From positions 1 through 64,000 of the IMG/VR virus record IMGVR_UViG_3300029875_000005: a stretch of 64,000 nucleotides of DNA; one strand, 5' to 3'. Shown here piece after piece: positions 17,551 through 28,097 of this stretch. Position 1 is the stretch's first letter, and every line of letters begins with the position of its first letter. Under the pieces are notes generated by a model. It worked only from the letters and a program-made list of their open reading frames with translations, ran no database searches and had not been told where the DNA came from. Made by a program: the position numbers and the translations under genes. The DNA comes from a virus.

Positions 17551-18519
17551 CTATGCAGGAATAACTAATACCGTGTAGCCTTTCTGCTGCAATGTTGCAA
17601 CTGCGGCATCTGATGCTGATGTTTTAGTTCCACGAGCCGTAATAGCTTTTTTAAAAGAACTATCACTACTAGTAAATCCAACAACACATTTTGCTTGATT
17701 TATCAACATAGCATCTAAATCTTCTCCAAAGTTTGGGATGCCTTCAAGGGCTAATATCTTGTATGAGTTATTTCTCTCTGTCTTCCAGGAAAACTTAGAA
17801 TTATTATCAACCATTGTTATGAAATTCTCATTTCTAGTTTTTGAAATATCCCCATATACAGAATTTCCTCTAAATACTCCAGCAGTAGATATGAGAGAAG
17901 GATAGTTAGAAGGTATAAATTCTCCATATACTTTTGTGTAATCTAGTGTTAACCACTTTATAGTTCTAGGAATATTTGCAACATCACCAGTTACGGCACT
18001 TCCTCTAAAGGCATTAAATTCGACAAGGGGAAGGTTCTTTATATGTTTTGTGTCAAGTACACTACTACCAGAATATCTAAGAACACCAAGATTCGTTATG
18101 CCTGCTATGTCTACACTATTCTGTAGTGTCGCTTTACCAAGAATTAAAGTATCAAGAATAGGACAGTATTTTAACTGAGAAATGTCTATCGTAACCCCAG
18201 TGTTGTCTGGAATAATTAACTGTCTTAAACCATACTTATTCCCAAAGCAAATTAAGGAACTTACATTTTTAACATATATATCATGCAAATCTTCATTTGT
18301 GATAGATATGTTTTTACCTGTGTTATTACTTAATGTGCTATCTGTAAAATTTCCATTTACATTTCTAACTTCACTATTTCCAGTGAATGCAACTTGAATC
18401 TTCTGAGAAGATTCAGAAGGTGATGCAATTTCATTTAACGAAATAGAAAACTCACCAATTTTCAAAAGATTGTCATTATTGACACTCTCATTAAGTCTTG
18501 TTATTAAACATTTCCCCAT
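17551..18519 (-). CDS. leucine-rich-repeat-like tail-associated / receptor-binding candidate
   Basis: 322 aa with irregular LxxLxL-type repeats (ILDTLILGKATLQNSVDIAGITNLGVLRYSGSS, LPLVEFNAFRGS, IKWLTLDYTKVYGEF). Lies immediately downstream of the tail fibre gene. Confidence 0.5.
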   Translation of the reverse strand: MGKCLITRLNESVNNDNLLKIGEFSISLNEIASPSESSQKIQVAFTGNSEVRNVNGNFTDSTLSNNTGKNISITNEDLHDIYVKNVSSLICFGNKYGLRQLIIPDNTGVTIDISQLKYCPILDTLILGKATLQNSVDIAGITNLGVLRYSGSSVLDTKHIKNLPLVEFNAFRGSAVTGDVANIPRTIKWLTLDYTKVYGEFIPSNYPSLISTAGVFRGNSVYGDISKTRNENFITMVDNNSKFSWKTERNNSYKILALEGIPNFGEDLDAMLINQAKCVVGFTSSDSSFKKAITARGTKTSASDAAVATLQQKGYTVLVIPA

Positions 18520-18537
18520 AATTGTATATTATTTTAA

Positions 18538-21500
18538 TTAATAAATATTTGCCCTATACAAAAGTTTCTGCTGCTTTAATTTCCATGTAATTTTAGCATT
18601 CGTGTACAGATGGTTGTCTTCTGACACTGTTGTTGCTTCCGTTGTGAAGTCTGCAAATATGATTGTTCCCATAATAGCATAATCTATGCAGAACATACCT
18701 TCATCCATCATCCATGCACTACTCATAACATTTGAATAATAAGATGGAACGACATACACCTTGTACTCTACAATCTTCCTTTTACTCCAATCAATGCTTA
18801 GTTGCACGATTCTTGAGCAAGTAGCTGCATTATCTGTTGCGCCAGTAGGATTTGAAGTAGGATTGTTTCGAGGGTTCTCTTTCATTAAGAAGTTGTTATC
18901 GAACAGTGTATATGTAGGATAACTCACACCACTAATCTCTTTCATTCCCCAATACTTCACATCATGACACAAGAACCACTGAGCCAATGAGTCTGTCTTG
19001 ATTCTCCTTGCAACAGCACCATAATTACTAGACGATGGCAAGCCACCAACTTGTTCCAGTACTGGACCAAATGTAACCTTGTCTTCACCGCTAACAGTTC
19101 TTTTGATAATTACCCAAGAGCAACAGTTTCTTGGATTTACAATTATTCTGTCTTCAGTCCTATCAAAACCAATAGTATTTGTATGGGTTTCTGCTATAGG
19201 TGCAGTAGAATGCACATCTGCATCAAACAGAATATCTCTTAAAACATCTTGGTCATTGAGGGTGTATGAACCAATCTTCTTGCCATTCTTCCACTCTACC
19301 AAAGTATCAGAATAAGTCATGTGTCCATCTATTGTTAGTACGTTGCTATGATAATACACGATGTAATGGAAATCATCTATGTAGATGAAGTCATGAGTAT
19401 CATAATTTGGACTTGCTAATTGGTCGATTAGGATGAAGTTCTCATCAAACACGCAAAGGCCTTTGAATGGGTCAACCTTTAGCAATGCAACAATTCTTGA
19501 CTTACCACTGCTGTTTACCTGATGCTCGACATTGTAGAAATAAGCAGAGCTGTCAGCGATGGAAAGAAACTTTGTCAATCCAGTTTCCTTGACCTCATAC
19601 AGATATTTCTCGTTATGCAGCAATACCCGATTGGCATTTCCGCAAAAAACAGCAGCACCTCCAGAAGGGTTGGATATAGTGAACTTTAAATCTGATGGTA
19701 CATCGAAAGGTGCCACAAGGTCTTTGTCTATCTCCTTTACAGACAATACCCCTTCATTACTTACAGAAAGCTCAAAGAAAGTACCATTTGGAGATTTTAG
19801 ATATTTGGTTTCCTTCGTGAAATTGGCAACATTCAATTTAAGTTTTGGAATAGAAACAGAATCACTAGATTCACTTACAGCATACTTACCTCGGTTTATG
19901 GTAACATTATTTTCGTAAGTAGCCACGGCAAAACGTATGTATGCAGCCCAATCCCAATATTCTGGAACTTGAACACTTGCCTTAGGCAGACTTCCGTTTG
20001 GCATCAATCTTTTTGCGTTATTGTCATTTCTGTCTGAAACAACAACCATACCTGTAGCTGTGCCAGTCCTAGTGAACCATTCTCCTGGCTTACAAGGTAT
20101 TTTGTTACTCATTTCTGCACCTGCATTTGGAGGAGTGAAAGATTGCTTTCCATCAGCCGTTGTGTATGTCTTTTGTGATGTAAGATACAAATTAGGCTTA
20201 GAGTTGTCGTAAACCCCATCGATGTTTTTAAGCTGAATGCCATTAACATCGTCTTGTGTTGCATAATTGGAAAAATCAATAGATTCGCCTTTCATACTAA
20301 AATGTTCTACATCTAGATGTTCTACATCTAGAGCAGTTTCATGTTTTACGCCATTCTTGTCTCTGTAGCTAAGAATATGTTCTTCTTCGTCCAATGTCAT
20401 CTCTAGCCTATTCTCTATGTCTGTTTTTTCTTCTATTTGTGTCAGGATAGTTTCTGACTTTACCTTGTAGAGATAATGGCTACCATCAGGAGCAGTATAT
20501 CCAATCACCTTACCCTCGGCATCAGTCTCAACAGAAAGATATTCATCATTCTCTATTGTAGAAAGATGAGCTGTACGTTTTTTGATGTCTGCTATATCAA
20601 TAATAGCATTGGCAATAAAGGTACTAATATCAATACCACCAACAACCATGTGACCATCATCAGCACGGAAACCACCTAATACTTTGTTTTCTGCATCAAT
20701 GATAGCATAGAGCCATTCCTCGTTGGCTATTACAGAGTACATTTCATGATTAGGAAAGTATGGCTCTCCATCATATTTGATTCCTGCAAGTATTCTGTTT
20801 TCTGCATCTTCTATTGCAATGATATACTCATCATTAGAAATATAGAAGAAGCTGTCAGCTACATCAATGTTTATCAACCCCTTACCATCTTCCTTTGGCT
20901 GGAAAGTTTTAAGAGTTTCGTCAATGTTTGAAAGAACATTCTTGATAGCCTTAATATCATCAAGCCACTGAGCCTTGGCTGCCCAGCTAGTACCATCTTG
21001 CTGAATACCAAGAAGAGGATGATTAGCTGCATCAAGAATTACCCAAAGGAACTCTTCATTCTGAATGACGTGATACATTTCATTGAGAGGATAATATGGC
21101 TTGCCAGTTGCTCTGTAGAAACCAAAGAGTACTCTATCCTCTGAATCAACTACAGCCTTAATAAACTCTTCATTCTCAATTACCCTAAAGCGCTCTTTTA
21201 CTTCATCCTCAATAAGGGACTTGCCTTCCTCTTTGTCTACCTTCTTTTTATCAATGGCCGCAACCTTCTCGTCAATGGTTGCCTTGTATGCTTCCATAGC
21301 TTCGGTTAGGGTTTGCTGGAAGGTCTCGTTGTTGGCGATGATTTCATTGAGAGTTTTCTGAATAGGCTTAGGAATACCGACTGCCCAGTCTATACTACCA
21401 TCTACACGGATGCCCCAAAGGAACTTGTTTTCTGCATCTGTGTAGACACGCAACCACTCCTCATTGGTCTCGTAGTGGCCGAGATTGTTGACGAGTTCGT

Positions 21501-21927
21501 CGATGGCATTTTGAATGTTTTGAGCATCAAGACCGCTCTGTGTATTGTCGTAGGTTACTGCCGAACCTACAGATGCACCACCACTGACAGCTATGCCATC
21601 TACGGTGTCCTTGATTTGCTTGGTCTTGGTTTGCAGGTCGGAAATATCATCATCGTTAGAAGAGATTTGCCGCTGATGATCTACAAGCGTGCTATCTACT
21701 TTCTGTATCGTCTCTATAAGATTTTCAGGAAGACCTGCTGCTGCCTCGAAGATTTTAAGCAGTTCCTTGTCGAACTTATCCTGTGTAACGGATTCTGGTG
21801 CTAACTTTGAATTAGTAACAGAACCTTCGGCAAGTTTCTCTGTTGTGACAGACTTGTCGTTGAAGTCGGCTGTCTTTATCAGCGGCACCTTCGTTCCAAG
21901 CTTTTCATCTTGTCTAAATGTAGGCAT
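18538..21927 (-). CDS. tail fibre / tail spike protein with internal repeats
   Basis: 1129 aa. The N-terminus SVTTEKLAEGSVTNSKLAPESVTQDKF is a classic fibre repeat. It is followed by 6-7 copies of a roughly 33-aa NEE(F/W/Y)(I/L)xAxxDAExxxLxGxxxDG motif. Confidence 0.8.
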   Translation of the reverse strand: MPTFRQDEKLGTKVPLIKTADFNDKSVTTEKLAEGSVTNSKLAPESVTQDKFDKELLKIFEAAAGLPENLIETIQKVDSTLVDHQRQISSNDDDISDLQTKTKQIKDTVDGIAVSGGASVGSAVTYDNTQSGLDAQNIQNAIDELVNNLGHYETNEEWLRVYTDAENKFLWGIRVDGSIDWAVGIPKPIQKTLNEIIANNETFQQTLTEAMEAYKATIDEKVAAIDKKKVDKEEGKSLIEDEVKERFRVIENEEFIKAVVDSEDRVLFGFYRATGKPYYPLNEMYHVIQNEEFLWVILDAANHPLLGIQQDGTSWAAKAQWLDDIKAIKNVLSNIDETLKTFQPKEDGKGLINIDVADSFFYISNDEYIIAIEDAENRILAGIKYDGEPYFPNHEMYSVIANEEWLYAIIDAENKVLGGFRADDGHMVVGGIDISTFIANAIIDIADIKKRTAHLSTIENDEYLSVETDAEGKVIGYTAPDGSHYLYKVKSETILTQIEEKTDIENRLEMTLDEEEHILSYRDKNGVKHETALDVEHLDVEHFSMKGESIDFSNYATQDDVNGIQLKNIDGVYDNSKPNLYLTSQKTYTTADGKQSFTPPNAGAEMSNKIPCKPGEWFTRTGTATGMVVVSDRNDNNAKRLMPNGSLPKASVQVPEYWDWAAYIRFAVATYENNVTINRGKYAVSESSDSVSIPKLKLNVANFTKETKYLKSPNGTFFELSVSNEGVLSVKEIDKDLVAPFDVPSDLKFTISNPSGGAAVFCGNANRVLLHNEKYLYEVKETGLTKFLSIADSSAYFYNVEHQVNSSGKSRIVALLKVDPFKGLCVFDENFILIDQLASPNYDTHDFIYIDDFHYIVYYHSNVLTIDGHMTYSDTLVEWKNGKKIGSYTLNDQDVLRDILFDADVHSTAPIAETHTNTIGFDRTEDRIIVNPRNCCSWVIIKRTVSGEDKVTFGPVLEQVGGLPSSSNYGAVARRIKTDSLAQWFLCHDVKYWGMKEISGVSYPTYTLFDNNFLMKENPRNNPTSNPTGATDNAATCSRIVQLSIDWSKRKIVEYKVYVVPSYYSNVMSSAWMMDEGMFCIDYAIMGTIIFADFTTEATTVSEDNHLYTNAKITWKLKQQKLLYRANIY

Positions 21928-22192
21928 ATTTTATTTCTTTTGGTTCTGTAGAAGTGAATATTTGAATTTGGACGGTATCGGGAATGACCGAGATACGGAA
22001 CTCGAAGGACTGGGTGTCCTTGTGGCGACGTATCGGGACGCGAGGGAAATTTCCCTTATCATCTGACTGACGGATAACCACCTTTCCTTTTTCCCTTAGC
22101 ATGATTCTTAGGAAAATATCACGGCGAAGAGTAAGGATTGGAGTTACCCACGCAAGTTCATTGGCATCGTATGAGGCTGTTACATTCTCCAT
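21914..22192 (-). CDS. hypothetical virion-module protein
   Basis: 92-aa ORF overlapping the fibre gene start by 14 nt, which suggests translational coupling. Confidence 0.5.
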   Translation of the reverse strand: MENVTASYDANELAWVTPILTLRRDIFLRIMLREKGKVVIRQSDDKGNFPRVPIRRHKDTQSFEFRISVIPDTVQIQIFTSTEPKEIKYAYI

Positions 22193-22199
22193 ATCGTCT

Positions 22200-22859
22200 T
22201 TATTTAGAGGTTTGATTTACGCCTAGCTGTTGCAGGGCGATGGTGTACATCTGGCTAGCTTTGGTATCATCGTAGGCTGAGAGGAGCAGAAAGGCGATAT
22301 AATAGATGAAGGCATTCTTCAGCTTGTCCGGAATGGCTACATCGGTTGTGGAAACGTCTGTGCTCACAGACTTAGGTACGCCCACATAGGTAATGACCGC
22401 CGTTGAAGTCTTGGGCTGCATGAGTATCTTGATTGGATTCTCTCGCATGATGGCAGCCTGTGGGCGATCAATGGTACCCTTGGCGGTATCGTCGTACATC
22501 ATAAGAGCTTCATCATCGGTGTCCTCTACTGGGGCGACTGCCTTATACCAAGAAGCGCCACGAATGCGGTTGATGGTAATAATCTCCATATTGGAAGGCA
22601 TGGTGATAACACCGATGTTACGATTAGAATCAAAATCGGACACCTGAATTGTGTCGGAAGTCGAGCCTATGCTCTTGGAATCGGACAGAACAGGCGAAGA
22701 TGCAGCAGTAATAGCTATCCAATGCAGCGCATCGTTTATCTTCGACTTGATGATGTTGTCCATATACAAATCATCCTTCTCATCGGTGATTTCCGATGTG
22801 TTGTTGGATTCCTCGTCTATGCACCAACGTACTGCCTTTATGATTTCCTCTATACTCAT
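22200..22859 (-). CDS. hypothetical head/neck-module protein
   Basis: 219-aa ORF lying between the capsid-like and fibre genes. Confidence 0.6.
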   Translation of the reverse strand: MSIEEIIKAVRWCIDEESNNTSEITDEKDDLYMDNIIKSKINDALHWIAITAASSPVLSDSKSIGSTSDTIQVSDFDSNRNIGVITMPSNMEIITINRIRGASWYKAVAPVEDTDDEALMMYDDTAKGTIDRPQAAIMRENPIKILMQPKTSTAVITYVGVPKSVSTDVSTTDVAIPDKLKNAFIYYIAFLLLSAYDDTKASQMYTIALQQLGVNQTSK

Positions 22860-22876
22860 TTACACCTTATTGTATA

Positions 22877-23338
22877 TTACTGCTTGCCGTAATCAGGGAA
22901 AACAAGACCAGCCTTGTCTGCATGCTTCATGGCAGTTTCAAGAGTCCTGCAATCCTTATCAAAACGGTTGTTTATGTAATTAATAACTTCTTCCGCTGTA
23001 CGGATGCCTGCTACCTCCTCTTTCTGTGACTTTTTTGTAGTCTTCTTTGCCGGCTCATCTACGGTTGACTTTAATGCGGCATTCTTTTCCTCTTCAAGTT
23101 TAGCCTTTTCGCCAGGGTACTCTTCTTCCTCATGGTCGAGAATAATAGTATTGTTGGCAAAAAGCAAGCTAGACTCAAGAAGTTCCTGACAGTATCGGTT
23201 TCGCAACGTAAGTGAAGGATATTTGTTTATAATTACATTACCATTTGCGAAAGGATAGCGAACCTGATTACCCTGCTTACCTGAAAGCAGATAGCTAATG
23301 CTATTTTGATTTACTCGTGCTTTATATGTCTTAATCAT
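22877..23338 (-). CDS. hypothetical protein with acidic/lysine-rich linker
   Basis: 153-aa ORF directly downstream of the capsid-like gene. Confidence 0.6.
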   Translation of the reverse strand: MIKTYKARVNQNSISYLLSGKQGNQVRYPFANGNVIINKYPSLTLRNRYCQELLESSLLFANNTIILDHEEEEYPGEKAKLEEEKNAALKSTVDEPAKKTTKKSQKEEVAGIRTAEEVINYINNRFDKDCRTLETAMKHADKAGLVFPDYGKQ

Positions 23339-23404
23339 ATTTATTCTTTATAAATGGTGGGCAGAGCAAGATGCACCTGCCCACCGATGGTTTATAGTGA
23401 TAAT

Positions 23405-25114
23405 TTACTGCGCTGTATCTTGACCAGCATAGATAGCCCAAGCGGTGCCAGTGTAGTATAAAACTGTACCTGCCTCATACTTGACATCATCAGTAGGAGA
23501 ATTAGTACCCTTTAAGGTGTAGTTTTGCGTGAGCGCAACCTTCATACCCTTTGATGGATTCTTAGGAAGTTCCTTAGCAGAAATGATGGCATTAAGTGAC
23601 TCTGTGGCAATCTTAGCAATCTTATCAGCAGGACCAACCAAGATTGAGTTGTAACCACGAAGTGCCACACTATCTGCCTCCTGATGAATCCAACGCTTAG
23701 CGTCACGAACCTCGCCACCTCCCTTAGACATATCATTGGTCTGCTCCTTCTTGCCAATCTTGACGTATCGGCGAGAAGCCTTAGGGTCGAAGATAACCAT
23801 AAAGTCTGACATACCCAAGAGATCGAGAGTCTGAGTCCAAACAAAATCAATAGAGCCGAAGGTGTCTTTGAATCGCTTGAAGGTAAGGTCGAACTCGTTG
23901 TGATTAATGAAGTCGTTCTGATGGCTTCCCTCCAACTTGATATTCTCCAAACGTTCGATAGCATTCTTACCACAGAAGGCAAAACAACGATCATTCTCGG
24001 AGAATTCCGTGAACTGGAGTTTGGAAATAGCAATCAAATCGCCAAGCGTATAAGTATCACCGATGGAGTATGTGTTGGTGAGCTGATTGATGATACCCTC
24101 AGAGGTATAGACATCTTCAATCTGTCCGTCGCCGGTCTCTGCCTTGAAGCGAGACTTGCATCCAAGCAAATAAGTACGCTCTGCACGTAGGTTATACTTG
24201 ATGATAGCATCGGTCTTTAAGTCGGCAACTGTAATAGGCTGCTCCTTCTTTACCTTCTCGTAGTCATCTGTAAATACGATGTTCAAGAGTTTCTTCTGAA
24301 CATACACTTCTTTCTCGCGTGGCTGGAAGTTTTCTGGTGTAATGGTGAGCTGAGACTCAGAAGCTGCAGATGCACCAGCAAGGAACGTTGTTCCAACAGG
24401 GATTTCCGGGCAAGTCATGTTGTCAAGATTGTCTCTTGAGTCTCCACTAACCTTCGGCTTTCCGTTGACAGCCTGCATAACCGCTTTTTTACCGTTAGCC
24501 TCAATTACATAAAGCATCAGTGTACCCTCTGTCTTGGTCTGTGAGCCAGCAGCATAACCGGGAACACCAGAAGCAAAAACAGTAGTGCCTTTATAGAATG
24601 GGCGAATAGAACCAGAGAAGTTCGTTGAATTAATCTCGATGGTGTCAGCAGTTTCAATTCTCTGAATAGTCTGTCCATCAAGAGTTTCGCCACCAACACG
24701 CTGATGCGAGATTGACCAGTTCTTAATATTTACTGTTTTTGCCATACGGCGAACAATAGAAAGAAGCGGTGTCTTGAAAGGATAGAACTTAACTATCTCA
24801 CTATCCCACTCCTTATCAAGCAGACCACCCTCACGAAGCTGTGTACTAGAAGCCTGGGAGCCTGTAAGGTCTTGACCATCTTTTTTTCCACCAGGGCTAA
24901 GTCTGTCGTTAACATTAGGGTCTACTGGCTCTTTTTGGGCAACAGTCTCTTTGTCTGCAGGATTTACTCCCTCGTTGCCAATCTGCGGCTCTACAAGGTC
25001 TGCCGTTGCCATTACTCCACCACCGGTAACTACGGCAAGAAGCATCAGAATCATCTTAAAGACGAACTGACCACTCATAAAATTCTTAAAACAATTTTTC
25101 TTCATTTTATACAT
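23405..25114 (-). CDS. putative major capsid protein
   Basis: 569 aa, immediately downstream of the scaffold-like gene. Assigned by size and position only. The N-terminus carries a hydrophobic signal-like segment. An alternative start is the ATG at 25012. Confidence 0.5.
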   Translation of the reverse strand: MYKMKKNCFKNFMSGQFVFKMILMLLAVVTGGGVMATADLVEPQIGNEGVNPADKETVAQKEPVDPNVNDRLSPGGKKDGQDLTGSQASSTQLREGGLLDKEWDSEIVKFYPFKTPLLSIVRRMAKTVNIKNWSISHQRVGGETLDGQTIQRIETADTIEINSTNFSGSIRPFYKGTTVFASGVPGYAAGSQTKTEGTLMLYVIEANGKKAVMQAVNGKPKVSGDSRDNLDNMTCPEIPVGTTFLAGASAASESQLTITPENFQPREKEVYVQKKLLNIVFTDDYEKVKKEQPITVADLKTDAIIKYNLRAERTYLLGCKSRFKAETGDGQIEDVYTSEGIINQLTNTYSIGDTYTLGDLIAISKLQFTEFSENDRCFAFCGKNAIERLENIKLEGSHQNDFINHNEFDLTFKRFKDTFGSIDFVWTQTLDLLGMSDFMVIFDPKASRRYVKIGKKEQTNDMSKGGGEVRDAKRWIHQEADSVALRGYNSILVGPADKIAKIATESLNAIISAKELPKNPSKGMKVALTQNYTLKGTNSPTDDVKYEAGTVLYYTGTAWAIYAGQDTAQ

Positions 25115-25125
25115 ATATTAATGGA

Positions 25126-25914
25126 TTAATTACTTCTAATATCATCAAAGAAACTTTCACGTTTCTGTTTCTTTGCCGGTTTATTTCCTGCGCCAGAACT
25201 AGAAAGAGAAGGAGGAATGCCTTCCGTGCTAGAAGAGCGAACCTTATTCTGAATCTTTTCGTTTCGGGCTTGCATAGCCGCCTCGTCGCGCGCCGAAGTG
25301 ATGTCGGAATCATAGTTGTTGGCGTTGTGGAGCATCTTCCAAATATCATCTGAAATATCGCCACTCTCTACCTTGTCGTGAATCTCATAAAGCTGCTGCC
25401 ACATATCGTCCACCTCATCAGGGAAGAGATTCATTAAGCGTTCATAAGACTTTTGCATATTTGCAAAAACTCTATCGGCAGCGGCGTTCTGTTCAGCCAC
25501 GTCCTCGTTGTGCTTGGCGAGAATCTCAGCGAGTTTCTTGCCGCCTTCAGGATCATCAAACAAGGTCTTCACGTCAATACCCAAGCGAGCCATCGCATCA
25601 AACGGATTGTCATCCGGATTCTTTTCCAAGTCCATCGCCAGAGCAGCGAGCCACTTGTGCTTATCGAATACCTTAGACAACGCCTTACCGCTTTCCTCGT
25701 ATCGTCCGAGCAAATCAGCATCATCATTCATTGCCGCATAACGAGCTTCCTTGTCTTCGAAGTCGATGTCAGCATGGCGTTTCTTGAACCGGTCAGAGAA
25801 AGCCTTGCGATTAGGGCGGTCCTCTACAGGAGCTTCATCTGTAGCAGCCTCAGCAGGTGGAGCCTGCTGTGTGCCACCTTCCTCATTCATCTGTGCTAAT
25901 TCTTCTTTTGTCAT
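25126..25914 (-). CDS. putative scaffolding protein
   Basis: Start trimmed to MTKEELAQMNEE (ATG at 25914). The protein is acidic, helical and Ala/Glu/Asp-rich, and the gene sits just upstream of the capsid-like gene. Confidence 0.5.
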   Translation of the reverse strand: MTKEELAQMNEEGGTQQAPPAEAATDEAPVEDRPNRKAFSDRFKKRHADIDFEDKEARYAAMNDDADLLGRYEESGKALSKVFDKHKWLAALAMDLEKNPDDNPFDAMARLGIDVKTLFDDPEGGKKLAEILAKHNEDVAEQNAAADRVFANMQKSYERLMNLFPDEVDDMWQQLYEIHDKVESGDISDDIWKMLHNANNYDSDITSARDEAAMQARNEKIQNKVRSSSTEGIPPSLSSSGAGNKPAKKQKRESFFDDIRSN

Positions 25915-26037
25915 ATCTCTATAATTCTGTTTGAAACTTTTCGGCAAAAATGCAAATAATTTGAAGAAGTTTTGCCGTGCTCCAACCTTGCGCTTGGTGG
26001 TTGGTTGGAACACGGCAAAGAAAGCCATGTTTTTGCC

Positions 26038-26045
26038 TATTTTTG
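26038..26045 (+). promoter_or_regulatory. Bacteroidota -7 box TATTTTTG
   Basis: Matches TAnnTTTG in the divergent intergenic region, upstream of the portal-like gene. Confidence 0.5.
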
Positions 26046-26060
26046 CGCCTATAATTAATA

Positions 26061-28094
26061 ATGTATAAGAAAATGGTAAAGGCAAGAATACTGACACTTA
26101 GCAAAGTGATGCCTCAACATAACAAGTATGACTCGGTTAAGGCTCGCAAGCGAAGACAAGAACACGGCAAGGACGAGGAGTTACTCAGCCGATGCAGAAA
26201 TGCTTGGAATAACCTGAGCGGTGTGCGAGAAACGAGGGCGAGAACGATGCGCTACTGTATGGGCGACCAATGGAGCGACACCATCAGAGTATACCATCAT
26301 GGTTACTGGGAGGAAATGACGGAACGCACCTATATGGAAAAGCGCAACCAGACACCTATGAGCAACAACATCATGGTGAGCATTCTGGAATCTATTGCCG
26401 GTCTTTATGCCAAGCAGGGAACGGAACCGGTATGCTTTGCAAGAGATAGCGACTCCCGACAATTGAGCGACATGATGAGTGCCACGATGCAATGCAACTG
26501 GCAGACAACGTACATGCAAGATGTGCTGAACCACGCCATTAAGGACTATCTTATGGGCGGTCAGATGTTTGTCAGAGAGAGTTGGGAGGCGAAGGAACTA
26601 GAAATGCCAGACTCATGGACAGACGCGATGGAACCCGACCACATGTTTTTTGAATGCGGCAGCGACCCACGACACAACGACGTGAGCCTTATCGGTGTGC
26701 TGCATGACGTGAGCCGAGAAGACTTGTATCAGAAGTTTGCCAAACAGGAATATGGGCTTACAGAAGAAGATCTGAACGCCATCTTTGATATTTATCCTTC
26801 GGACGATAACAGCTACGGCTATGAGTTTAACGAAGAAAAGGCGTTGGATAATCTCTCTTTCGACCATACCAACAAGGGAAGACATTACTCTAGAGTGATT
26901 GAGGTGTGGACCACGGAAACCAAACCAATGCTGCAATGCTTTGACCCTATTGCTCAAAATGTAAATGATGCTTATTTTAGGGTAGATCGTAATGATACGG
27001 CTATGATACAAAAGCTGATAGATTTAAACAATAGGCGTAAAGAGCAGTATGACGAGGCTGGTGTGCCGGAGGAAGATAGGGCGTATATCACCAGCAAAGA
27101 TACTTCCAGTAAGTACTGGTATTATACCTATATGGCGCCAGACGGAACTATCCTCTGTCAGGGCGAAACACCATACGACTACAAAAGCCATCCTTTCACA
27201 ATGAAACTCTATCCGTATATCAACGGAGAGATTCATCCATTCCTTGCCAACATCATAGACCAGCAGAGATACATCAACCGACTGATTGTGATGAACGACA
27301 TGGCCATCAGAAGCAGTTTCAAGGGATTCAAGATGATTCCTACAAATGTGCTTAACGGCAGAACGCCAGAGCAGTTTATGGAAGAGGCGGTAGAGTATGA
27401 CGGATGGATATTCTACAAGCCATCGGTAAAGACGCCGAATGCGAAGCCAGAAATTATTACATCGAATGCCGTGAACATCGGTACGAATGAACTCTTGCAG
27501 ATAGAACTGAACCTGATTAGAGAGGTTACCAACGTGAGCGGTGCTTTGCAGGGTAAGACCCCATCGGCAGGAACTTCGGCAGCCAGATATGCACAGGAAA
27601 GCCAGAATGCAACCACGTCTCTGTATACCATCCTTGCCGACATGGACGTGTTCACGGAGAAGCTGGCAACCAAGAAGTGCATGACTATACAGCAGTACTA
27701 CGAAGACGGAAGAAGGGTTTACGACCGGAACTTCAATACGGTTTACAAGTACGACCGTCTTTCGGCAAGAGATATTCACTTCAAGATCAGCATCAAGAAT
27801 GCAGCAGCTACGGCAGCCTTCAACACGATGCAAAACGATACGCTCGACAAGCTTCTTGAAATGGGCGGTATCAATATCATTCAGTATCTGCAGAATCTCA
27901 ACGCACCATTTGCAGACAAGTTGCTTGCCAGCGTACAGGAGCAGCAGGCTCAGCTTGAACAGATGTATCAGCAGCAACAGGCAATGGCTATGCAGCAAGG
28001 CGGTGGTCAGGTAGAGAACGGAATTGTGCAGGGTGCAGACCAGAATGCAGTAGCACAAGCACAGAGTGCATTAGGATATAACAGAGCAGCATAA
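26061..28094 (+). CDS. putative portal protein
   Basis: 677 aa, first gene of the + strand morphogenesis operon, with a Q-rich C-terminal tail. The call rests on size and synteny. Alternative starts at 26073 and 26109. Confidence 0.55.
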   Translation: MYKKMVKARILTLSKVMPQHNKYDSVKARKRRQEHGKDEELLSRCRNAWNNLSGVRETRARTMRYCMGDQWSDTIRVYHHGYWEEMTERTYMEKRNQTPMSNNIMVSILESIAGLYAKQGTEPVCFARDSDSRQLSDMMSATMQCNWQTTYMQDVLNHAIKDYLMGGQMFVRESWEAKELEMPDSWTDAMEPDHMFFECGSDPRHNDVSLIGVLHDVSREDLYQKFAKQEYGLTEEDLNAIFDIYPSDDNSYGYEFNEEKALDNLSFDHTNKGRHYSRVIEVWTTETKPMLQCFDPIAQNVNDAYFRVDRNDTAMIQKLIDLNNRRKEQYDEAGVPEEDRAYITSKDTSSKYWYYTYMAPDGTILCQGETPYDYKSHPFTMKLYPYINGEIHPFLANIIDQQRYINRLIVMNDMAIRSSFKGFKMIPTNVLNGRTPEQFMEEAVEYDGWIFYKPSVKTPNAKPEIITSNAVNIGTNELLQIELNLIREVTNVSGALQGKTPSAGTSAARYAQESQNATTSLYTILADMDVFTEKLATKKCMTIQQYYEDGRRVYDRNFNTVYKYDRLSARDIHFKISIKNAAATAAFNTMQNDTLDKLLEMGGINIIQYLQNLNAPFADKLLASVQEQQAQLEQMYQQQQAMAMQQGGGQVENGIVQGADQNAVAQAQSALGYNRAA

Positions 28095-28097
28095 GGT

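Noticed and set aside
27024-28058. A 344-aa - strand ORF antisense to the portal-like gene, and a 368-aa ORF (30955-32061) antisense to terL.
   Set aside because: These are shadow ORFs. The sense strands carry the recognisable protein features (TerL Walker A and nuclease motifs), and the antisense translations are Leu/His/Arg/Cys-rich and implausible.
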